Assembly: GCA_964016885.1 (NCBI GenBank)
Contig: OZ024745.1
Location: forward strand, 19,282,001 to 19,346,000
Direction: 5' to 3'
Source: Eledone cirrhosa
Lineage: Eukaryota
Length of the DNA: 64,000 nt
Positions within the stretch are counted from its first letter, which is position 1. Each line of letters begins with the position of its first letter. The notes under the pieces were generated by a model. It was not told the origin of the DNA, ran no database searches, and saw nothing but the letters and a program-made list of their open reading frames with translations. Positions 52,627 to 64,000 of this stretch are shown piece after piece. Made by a program: the position numbers and the translations under genes.

Positions 52627-53605
52627 AAATGGGCAAATGATACCGTCTTTCTTGTTTATTATTATAACCCACCGAGGTTAACTTTGCCTTTCATCCTTAT
52701 GGGGTCGATAAAATAAAGTAGCAGTAATACACTGGGTAATTGCTGGCCTTGTGCCAAAGTAGAAACAATTATTATAATAAAACTCCGGATAAACGTAAAC
52801 TGTTGATATTAAACTTATGAAAGAGTCGGCAAATTTTCAATCAACCAACTTTCCTTAGTTGAATAAATATATGTATGTATATATAGACGTATATTTTCTT
52901 TAATATTGCAACATTAAAGGAATATATCCTTCTGAAAGAATCGCGAGCAATTTATAATGTTATTTAAGCATTGGTAATTATTTATGTATATATTTAAAAC
53001 ATATTTGCTGTTATTCTACTGTAAATATATTATATATACGCAAATAATGAATCTGTATATTAAAACATCGTTTGTATTATTCAATCAGTTTATTGAACAA
53101 CTAGAATGCTCATCGTCAAGTACTTTATACATATATATATATATATGTGTGTGTGTATGTATATATGTGTGTATGTATATATGTGTGTATGTATATATGT
53201 GTGTATGTATATATGTGTGTATGTATATGTGTGTATGTATATATGTGTGTATGTATATATGTGTGTATGTATATATGTGTGTATGTATATATGTGTGTAT
53301 GTATATATGTGTGTATGTATATATGTGTGTATGTATATGTGTGTATGTATATGTGTGTGTATGCATATGTGTGTATGTATATGTGTGTGTATGCATATGT
53401 GTGTATATATATATATATGAAGATAAATTAACGGAGCCATAGAGTCGCGTTATTCCCTGTAAATTATGTGCTCAAAGGGAAAGGAATCCTATACATATTG
53501 TATATGTATATATATATATATGCATGTATATATGTATTTGTATATATGTATATGTGTATGTATGTATGTATATATATATGCATGTGTATATATATATAGA
53601 TGTAA

Positions 53606-54640
53606 TCTGAATAGTATGTTAGAATATTAAGTGTTAAGTGTTAATTGAACAAGTACTTTCATGCTTTCGCAATCTTCAGGTTCATATTCTGTGGTGACAG
53701 TCAAGTTTGCAATTTTCAACTGTAATGAGATGGGTAAATTTTGTGCCTTATATACAGAGAAAAGCGGCTACAGAATGCTATATTTTGCAAACTGTATTTC
53801 GACCAATTGGTGTGTAGTTTCACTGGATTACTGAAGCTGATTGGTTTAGGCGTCATGGTTGGTTGAGCATGTCTAACGACTTCTATTTGGCTCTATCCAA
53901 AGCATCAATTGTTTTGCTATTTTTAGAAATGATGTAAATAGCATTTTCTAGGGTTTTTATACCCCTAAGAATTATAATTGTTCATTTAGCTTGGGTTGGA
54001 ATTTATCAATAAAATTCTTTTCTTTGATTTTTCTCTTGATTTCACTTGGCCTGTGTAATTTGTAGAATGGAAATATAAATATTTTCTGACCACATGTTGC
54101 TAGATGGTTACTCAGGGGTATCTGACGGACATTTTGGTCTCTGATTTGCTGTCGGTGCACCCGTGCACGTTCCGATAGTGCATTTCCAGTTTGACCGACA
54201 TATAGTTCTTCACAATTCGGGCATTTAATGCAGTAAATTAGATTTCTGCTTTTGCAGTTCATATTTGCATTTGGGAATATTTTTCAAAATTCCAACCCAA
54301 ACTAAATGAACAATAATAATTCTTAGGGGTACAAAACCCTAGAAAATGCTATTTTCATCATTTCTAAAAATAGCAAAACAATTGATGCTTTGAATAGATG
54401 CCAAATAGAAGTCGTTAGACATGCCCAACCAACCGTGATGCCTAAACCAATCAGCTTCAGTAATCCAGTGAAACTACACATGTAGCCGCTTTTCACTGTA
54501 TATAAGGCACAAAATTTACCCATCTCATTACAGTTGAAAATTGTAAACTTGACTTTCACCACAGAATATGAACCTGAAGATTGCGAAAGCATGAAATTAC
54601 TTGTTCACTTAACACTTAATATTCTACCATACTATTTCAT
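53606..54640 (-). mobile_element. Truncated Penelope-like element: GIY-YIG end plus inverted pLTR
   Basis: ORF 53972-54262 NLIYCIKCPNCEELYVGQTG...R...H. Inverted arms at about 53606-54004 and 54287-54640. Confidence 0.88.
53646..53684 (-). ncRNA. Minimal type I hammerhead ribozyme motif (mirror copy 54569-54607, plus)
   Basis: TGAAC-CTGAAGA-T-TGC GAAA GCA-T-GAAAGTACTT-GTTCA, located in a Penelope pLTR. Confidence 0.75.
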
Positions 54641-55439
54641 TCTAATACCATTATAATTTTAAAGGATTGTAAATAAAACGAGTAAATCAGACAAAGTTGT
54701 AAAAGTCTGAGAGATTGGCTACATATGTTTTATATATATATATTTTTTTTGTTTAGATGGAAGACAAAACAAAGAAGATGAATACAAAGATGAATACAAA
54801 GATGAATACAAAGATGAATACAAAGATGAATACAAAGATGAATACAAAGATGAATACAAAGATGAATACAAAGATGAAGATAAAGAACCTCACTGCACCG
54901 CACTGCACAACACCACACTGCACAACACCACAGTGCACCGCACCACATCCATAAAAATAACACAACACTACACCACACTACTCCACTCCACACCACAACA
55001 CACCACACTACTCCACTCCACACCACAACACACCACACTACTCCACTCCACATAAAAACACACCACAACACACCACTCCACACACACCACATAACACCCA
55101 ACATTTTTTCCTCATCTTTTTTTCATGTGTTATCAACTAATCCGAACTCCAAGATGTTTGTTATTGACTCTCTCTTCATGGAAAACTTAGGTGGATGCAC
55201 TTCTCTCATTTAACCCCAGAGTTTTCTCATGTTATCAACGAATATGACCTCCAAACCAGTTGGGAATGATTAGTTGTTCGAGGAAAAAGGAGGGGTAAAG
55301 CAGGTGGAAAAGCCATTGTCGTTTTGTAGATATATACCCTAATGATTTTTCTTCGGTCTCCTTTTCAGTGCTATCAACTAATCTGACCTTTTAGTTGCTC
55401 TGAATCAATTTTTTTTTTCTGGGATTTGGAAACTAAATT

Positions 55440-55800
55440 AAACATAAAATTAAATCTAGCCCCAACCCTAAATCTAAACCAAACCAAGCTAAATCTAAAC
55501 CCTAAACATTACCCCAACCATAAAACTAAACCCTAAACATTACGCCAACCCTAAAACTAAACCCTAAACTTTACCCCAAACCTAAAGCTAAATCCTAAAC
55601 TTTACCCCAACCCTAAAACTAAACCCTAAACATTACCCCAACCCTAAAACTAAACCCTAAACTTTACCCCAAACCTAAAGCTAAACCCTAAACTTTACCC
55701 CAAACCTAAACCCTAAACTTTACCCCAAACCTAAAGCTAAACCCTAAACTTTACCCCAACCCTAAAACTAAACCCTAAACATTACCCTAAACCTAACCCA
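55440..55800. repeat. Telomere-like AAACCCT-rich tandem repeat
   Basis: AAACCCTAAACTTTACCCCAACCCTAAAACT units. Confidence 0.85.
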
Positions 55801-57819
55801 GGGAAATAAGTTGATTGGAAGCATCTAGGAGGTCAGATTAATTAATAGCACAGGAAATAGCATAGGAAATAGCATAGGAAATAGCATAGGACATAGCATA
55901 GGAAATAGCACAGGAAATTAATAGCACAGGAAATATACCGAAAATGATTAAGTCCCACAACATGTGAGTGGGGTATAGATCTGCAAAACTCTTCCCCTCT
56001 CCCTCTCCTTTCTCCAAAGCTAGTTGTTTTTGACTAGTTTGGAAGTCATATTCACTGATAACGCATGAAAATAGAATCAAAGAGAAAATTCCGAGTAAGC
56101 AGGGGTTATCCGGGTGAAGGGGGAACCACCTCACCCCACCGTTTTCCTGGGGGGAGAAAGTCGGTTTCAAGCATCTTGGAGATTGGATTAGTTGATAGCA
56201 CATGAAAAATAGGAGGAAAAAATTTCACATCACATCACACCACATCACATCTCGTCTCGTCTCATTTCACCACGCCATGCCACATTCCATCACATCACAT
56301 TTCATCACATCACATTTCATCACATCACATCACATTTCACCACGCCACATCACATCACACGCTACCACACTCCACTACACCATATCCTCCACCCTACATT
56401 GAACCACACTACACCACACCACTGTCCACTACACTACACCACACCACTGTCCACTACACTAAACCGCACACCACACTACACTACACTACACTACACTACA
56501 CTACACCACACCACTCTCTATTCGACTGTTTTCTATTTCGTAGGTATGTCCAGTTACAGTAAGAGAAAGAAAGTTATTTCAAAGGATCTGAGTAAGTAAA
56601 CACTTCATTGACCATCATTTTAAGCAGAATCTGTGTAGTTTTAAATTGACCTTTTCATATGATTACACCTCAGTCTTAACTTAATCACCTGTAGATGGAT
56701 GCTACATGTAATGTTAAAATTAAACACTGTTTCCCCCTTCTCATCACATGTGGATGCTACATGTGTATTGTTAACATTAATCTAACGTTGTCCCCCCTCC
56801 CCCGCCTCACCATATCATACCACACCACATCACACCATGTTGTACCACACCAGACCACATAACACCATGCTATACCATATATATATATATATATATATAT
56901 ATGAGCTCCCCACTCGTTATATTAACTGTATCTCCTCGGTGTTTCGTGAAAGTCTGAGTGATCAGCTATATATTTGTTTACAATTTTTTTTTTATATTTA
57001 GATGGAAAAGAAGAAAAAGACGACGAAGCAGATGACTAAAATGAAAATGAAAATGACAACAAAGACAAAGAAGACACGGGAAACGAAGATGACGAAAAGA
57101 AGTATGATCTCAGTTCAGTCTAAACCTAATGATTTATAGATATGATCTTAGTTCAGCCTTAACCTAATGACCTGCAGATACTATCTATTTAGGTTTAACT
57201 TAAACATTCAAAGATATTTGTATATACTTTTGTTGATGTTTGACATTGTTTTTTAGTTATGAAATAGCTTATAAGCTACATTATAGGATCACAGTGCATG
57301 AGCACACTGCTCTTTAAATTAACTTTATCTCCTCAGCACTTTGTAAAGTCTGAGAGATAGGCAACATATATGTTTTACATTCTTTGTTTTTGGTATTTAG
57401 ATGGCAGCGGAGAAGATAAAGGCACAGAAGAAGTCAAAGGCACAGAAGAAGTCAAAGGCACAGAAGAAGTCAAAGGCACAGAAGAAGTCAAAGGCACAGA
57501 AGAAGTCAAAGGCACAGAAGCAGTCAAAGGCACAGAAGCAGTCAAAGGCACAGAAGAAAACAAAGGCACAGAAGAAGACAAAGAAAATGAACAAGAACAA
57601 TTATTATTACTATTATTATTGTTATTATTATTTGAATTATTATAATCAAACTAAGCCACACTACATCAACCTATACCATACCACACCACACTGACAAACA
57701 TTATAACCATACCACATTATCCAACACCACACTACGAAACACTATACTTTACCACACTATATCACACCACTCAAGTTAGAGAGGATCAACTTTTTTCCTG
57801 GAAAGTAGAAAACCTAACT

Positions 57820-60800
57820 TTAAGCTAAAACCGAACTTTAAAAATAACACTTGCACTCACACATGCTCTAACAGTGAACTTAGCGCTAACATGAAAACTA
57901 ACACAAACACTAACCTGAACACTAACACTAAAACTGACACGAACACTAACCTGAACACCAGCACTAAAACTAACACTACCGTAAACACTAACACTAACCT
58001 GAACACTTACACTAAAACTAATCTTTAGCACGAACACTAGCACTAAAACTAACACTACCATAAACACTAACACTGACCTGAGCACTAACACTAAAAGTAA
58101 CACTAACACAAACACTAATCTGAAAACTGATACTAACCAGAAAACTAAGCTAACATTAACTTCAACACAAATATTAACACAAAAACAAACACTAACGCAA
58201 TCTCTAACACTAACCTCAACACTAAAACTAACATTAACTTGAACACTAACATAAACACTAATGCTAACACTAACAGAAATACTAATGCTAACATTAACGC
58301 TAACCTTAACACAAAAACAAAGACTAACGCTAACACAATCACTAACACTAATGGAAACATCAAACACTAATGCTAACAGAGATACTAACACAAATATTAA
58401 CACAAAAACAAATACTAACACTAACACAATCTCTAACACTAACCTTAACACTAAAACTAACATTAACCTTAACACTAAAACTAACATTAACTTGAACACT
58501 AACCTGAACACTTACACTAAAACTAACACTACCACAAACACTAACACTAAAAGTAACACTAACACAAACACTAATCTGAAAACTGATACTAACCAGAAAA
58601 CTAAGCTAACATTAACTTCAACACTAAAATAAACACTAACGCTAACAGAGATACTAACACAAATATTAACACAAAAACAAACACTAACGCAATCTCTAAC
58701 ACTAACCTCAACACTAAAACTAACATTAACTTGAACACTAACATAAACACTAATGCTAACACTAACAGAAATACTAATGCTAACATTAACGCTAACCTTA
58801 ACACAAAAACAAAGACTAACGCTAACACAATCACTAACACTAATGGAAACATCAAACACTAATGCTAACAGAGATACTAACACAAATATTAACACAAAAA
58901 CAAATACTAACACTAACACAATCTCTAACACTAACCTTAACACTAAAACTAACATTAACCTTAACACTAAAACTAACATTAACTTGAACACTAACCTGAA
59001 CACTTACACTAAAACTAACACTACCACAAACACTAACACTAAAAGTAACACTAACACAAACACTAATCTGAAAACTGATACTAACCAGAAAACTAAGCTA
59101 ACATTAACTTCAACACTAAAATAAACACTAACGCTAACAGAGATACTAACACAAATATTAACACAAAAACAAACACTAACGCAATCTCTAACATTAACTT
59201 GAACACTAACATAAACACTAACCTTAACACAAAAACAAAGACTAACGCTAACACAATCTCTAACACTAATGGAAACATCAAACACTAATGCTAACAGAGA
59301 TACTAACACAAAAACAAATACTAACACTAACACAATCTCTAACACTAACTTTAACACTAACCTGAAAACTAACACAAACACTCATGCTAACACTAACTTT
59401 AACACTAACCTGAAAACTAACACAAACACTCATGCTAACACTAACAGAAATACTAATGCTAACATTAACACAAAAACAAAGACTAACGCTAACACAATCA
59501 CTAACACTAATGGAAACATCAATCACTAATGCTAACAGAGATACTAACACAAATATTAACACAAAAACAAACACTTAAACTAACACTGCCATAAACAGTA
59601 ACACAAACACTAACACTGATCTGAGCACTAACAGTAACACTACCATAAAAACTAACACTAACACTAACCAGAAAACTAAGCTAACATTAACCTCAACACT
59701 AAAACTAACACTACCGTAAACACTAACCTGAGCTCTGACATTAACACGAACATTAACCTGAACACTAAAACTAACACTACCATAAACCACTAACCTGAGC
59801 ACTAACATTAAAAGTAACACGAGCCCTAACCTGAAAACTAAGTCAACATTAACCTGAACACTAACAAAAATGCTAACACTAATACAAAATCAAACACTAA
59901 CGCCAACGCTGACAAAGATGGCTATGCTGGCACAATCGCTGACACAAACACTAACGTGAATACTGATGCAGGTGCAAAGGCGAATGCTGACAAAGACTCT
60001 GACGCACACGCTGATGTAAATGCTACCCAGACTCTAACGCTGACACTGATATAAAAAAAGCAAATGCAGACACTAATGCAAACAGACGCAAATGTTGATC
60101 CAGATGTTAAAGCAAACGCAAACGATGACATTGACGTAGAAGCTAAAGGAAACACTAGTGAAAATGCTGACGCAGACGCTGACACAGACACTAACACACG
60201 TTAACACAGATGCTAACGTAAACACTGACGCAGATGCTAATATAAACGCTGACGCTGATGTAGATGTAAATACAGACACTGACACAGACGCAGAAGCTAA
60301 CACAAACGCTGACACAGACACTAATGTAAGCGCTGACATAGAAGCTAATGTAGATGCTGACATAGAAGCTAATGTAAACGATGACGTAGATGTTAACGTA
60401 GACGCTGACGTAGAAGCTAACGTAGATGCTGATGTAGAAGCAAACGTAAACGCTGACGTAGAAGCTAACAAAACGCTGACGTAGTTGTTACGTAGAAGCA
60501 GGCGTAGAAGTTAGCGTTTACCCTTACCGCCGAAGCTGATCTCCAAAACGCAATTGCTGATGCGGATTGCTGAAGCCAAAGCCAAGCTAACGCTGACGCA
60601 AATGTTGAGGCAGTATTGCCAGGCGCTGACGTGTATGCTGACGCTAATGCAAATGCTGATGCGGACGCTAGGGCTAAGGCTAACGCTAACACTGACGCAA
60701 ATGCTGAAGTTAACGCTTACATGGGATATGCAGACGCTGCAATGATGCGGACGCCACAGGAAAGGTTGATGGAAACGCTAATGCTAACGGAAAACGCTGA

Positions 60801-61900
60801 CGTACACGTTACGGAAACGCTGACGTAGAAGCTAACGTAAACGCTGGCACAGACTCTAACGTAAACGCTGACACAGACGCTGATATAGATGTAAATACAG
60901 ACACTGACACAGACGCTGAAGTAGAAGCTAACACAAACGCTGACACAGACACTAATGTAAGCGCTGACGTAGAAGCTAATGTAGATGCTGACATAGAAGC
61001 TAACAAAACGCTGACGTAGTTGTTACGTAGAAGTTAGCGTTTACCCTTACCGCCGAAGCTGATCTCCAAAACGCAATTGCTGATGCGGATTGCTGAAGCC
61101 AAAGCCAAGCTAACGCTGACGCAAATGTTGAGGCAGTATTGCCGGCGCTGACGTGTATGCTGACGCTAACGCAAATGCTGATGCGGACGCTAGGGCTGAC
61201 GCAAATGCTGAAGTTAACGCTTACATGGGATATGCAGACGCTGCAATGATGCGGACGCCACAGGAAAGGTGAATGGAAACGCTAATGCTAACGGAAAACG
61301 CTGACGTACACGTTATGGAAACGCTGACGTAGAAGCTAACGTAAACGCTGGCACAGACGCTAACGTAAACACTGACACAGACGCTAACGTAAACACTGAC
61401 GTTAACTGAAATGCTGATGTAGATGTAAATACTGATGCTGACACAGACGAAAACGCTGACGTAGAAGCTAACATACACACTGACACAGAGGCTAACGGAA
61501 TTGCTGACAAAGACTAATGTGAATGCTGATGCAGATGCTGACACAAATGCTAACCCCTACACAAATGCAAACGCTGATGCTAACACTGACTCAAACACTA
61601 ATGCAAATACTGACGTGCACACTGATGCTGACGCGGACGCTAATGATAATGCTGACTCAGAAGCTGACGTAGACGCAGGCACTGAAACAAACACTAATGC
61701 TAACACTAATGTTGACTTAGACACTAAGGGAAATGCTGACACAATCACTATCACCAGTGCAGACGCTGACGCAAATGCTGACACTTACGCAAACACTAAC
61801 ACCAGTTTACATAGACACTAACACAAAAGCTTACATAGACGCTTATGCTAACGCTGATGCAGACAGTAACGCAAACAGTGACAGTAATGCTAACAGTAAC
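57820..61900. repeat. Hexamer-periodic low-complexity tract (ACACTA grading to GCTGAC) with 492 bp tandem duplications
   Basis: Identical ORFs recur 492 bp apart (58261/58753, 58511/59003); a further duplication at about 60200-60850 / 60850-61380. Confidence 0.85.
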
Positions 61901-62049
61901 ACAGTCACTAACAATAAACTTACCATTAACAGTAAAACTTACCCTAAATCTAACATGAACCCAGAGAAAAAAGTCATTTGCAATCACATTTAAGCTCACT
62001 CTTTAAGATATAGAAGATAGGCATTACATTTTAATGATTTTAATTTAAA

Positions 62050-64000
62050 GAGAATCACGCTATACGATGCAATGCAACACAATAACACACCACACTACAC
62101 TAACCTACACTACACCAAACCAGATTATACCATACCTTGGTAAATTTATGATAGGCTTCCATGTTATAACTACACCAAACTACACCTCACCATAACAAAC
62201 TACACCATACTACATCACACCATGCTATTAATCTCAGTGAGAACATTTTTCTTCCTGTTTTTTTTTTTTTTTCTGTGTGTGTGTGTGCTTACCACCCAAT
62301 CTGATATCAAAGGTGCTCACAAATGATTATTTTTTTACACATTATCAATGTATATAACATGGAAACCTATCATTTGCAATAGGTTCCCATGTCATAACTA
62401 CAACAATCCAAACTACACCATTCTACACCACACCATGCTTTTGATCTCAGTGTGAAAAATTTTCTTCCTGTTTCTTTGTGTGTGTGCTCTTACCACCCAA
62501 TCTGACATCAAAGATGCTGCAATTGACTATTTTTCGCACATATTATCAATAATTATGACATGGAAAACTGTCGAAAATGACTAGCTTTGTAGAAAAAAGA
62601 GGGAGGATGTGGGTGGAAATACCATTTACAAAGCTAGTCATTTTTTATTGCAGCGGAAGTCATATTTTTTGTTAATATGCTAAAAGCATAGTCCACTGCG
62701 GGCTTCTTGGAAGTTGATAACACATGCAAAAATGAATGAAAAATTTTTTTTCTAACATAAATAGAAGTGGAAATTTAAATCCTCACTTATAACAAAGCAC
62801 ATTAATCTACCTCAATCCACACCATATACTTCACCATAACCATACTTCACTATATGGTAATTTATTACAGAACACATACTCCTACCATTTACATCACATG
62901 GACATTAATGTGACAAATTTGCTACTTGCATTTTTTTTTTTTTTGTGGTTACCACCTCAAACTAACATCAAAGGTGCTTGCAAATGACTATTTTCCCACA
63001 CATTATCAATGAATATGACATGGGAATCTATCGTTTACAATTGGTTTCCATTTCATAACTTCACCAAACCAAACCACACCATACCAAGTTACACCATACT
63101 ACATTGCACCAAGCTATTGATCTTGGTGTGAAAAATTTTTTTCCTGTTTCCTTTTTTTTTTTTTTTGTGTGTGAGCTTACCACCCAATCTGACATTAAAG
63201 GTGCTCCCAATTGACTATTTTTTTTTACACTTATCAATAATTATGACATGGAAACCTGTAGAAACTTCACCAAACCACATCATACTACATCACACCAAGA
63301 TATTGATTTTGGTGTGACAAATTTTCATCTGGCATTTTTTTTGTGCTTACCACCCAATTTGACATAAAAGGTGCTCGCAAATTACTATTTTATGCACATA
63401 TTATCAATGGTTATGACATGGAAACCTGATGAAAATGACTAGCTTTGTAGAAAAAAAAGGGAGGATGTGGGTGGAAATACCATTTACAAAGCTAGTCATT
63501 TTTTGTTAATATGCTAAAAGCATAGTTCACTGCGAGCTTCTTGGAAGTTGATAACACGTGCAAAAATGAATGAAAAATTTTTTTTCTAACATAAATCAAA
63601 GTGGAAATTTAAATCCTCACTTATAACAAAGCACACCACAGCACATTAATCTACCTCAATCCACACCATAACCATACTTCACTATATGGTAATTTATTAC
63701 AGAACACATACTCCTACCATTTACATCACTTGGACATTGTGACAAATTTGCTACTTGCATTTTTTTTTTTTTTTGTGGTTACCACCTCAAACTAACATCA
63801 AAGGTGCTTGCAAATGACTATTTTCCCACACATTATCAATGAATATGACATGGGAATCTATCGTTTACAATTGGTTTCCATTTCATAACTTCACCAAACC
63901 ATACCAAGTTACACCATACTACATCACACCAAGCTATTGATCTTGGTGTGAAAAATTTTCTTCCCATTTCCTTTTTTTTTTTTTTGTGTGTGCTTACCAC
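62050..64000. repeat. Complex degenerate tandem repeat (short modules within ~840 bp higher-order units)
   Basis: Recurrent TTACCACCCAATCTGACATCAAAGGTGCT...CATTATCAAT..ATGACATGGAAAC; 62570-63190 is repeated at 63430-64000. Confidence 0.85.

Noticed and set aside
55440-55800. True telomere or chromosome end
   Set aside because: Degenerate, interstitial, not a pure TTAGGG array, and embedded in an inverted repeat.

Overview
This is AT-rich, repeat-dense animal DNA; its SINE, RTE and microsatellite content resembles octopus or another cephalopod, but that attribution is inference. The one clear host gene is an XPR1 orthologue (SPX-EXS phosphate exporter) on the minus strand. I traced 13 coding exons by hand, from the ATG at 41505 down to 1992. 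All have GT-AG boundaries and continuous phase (1829 nt, about 609 codons), and the 3' end lies beyond the window start. The introns and upstream region contain: a non-autonomous LTR element with an unusually long tRNA-Trp primer-binding site; three RTE-clade LINEs with a PHD-like Cys/His finger after the RT core; a near-complete Penelope element with an inverted pLTR; a Penelope GIY-YIG remnant; several inverted repeats carrying hammerhead-ribozyme folds; hAT and Tc1-type MITEs; two SINE families; many minisatellites; and a 9 kb modular low-complexity block at the right end. Most ORFs in the supplied track are microsatellite artefacts or antisense shadows.
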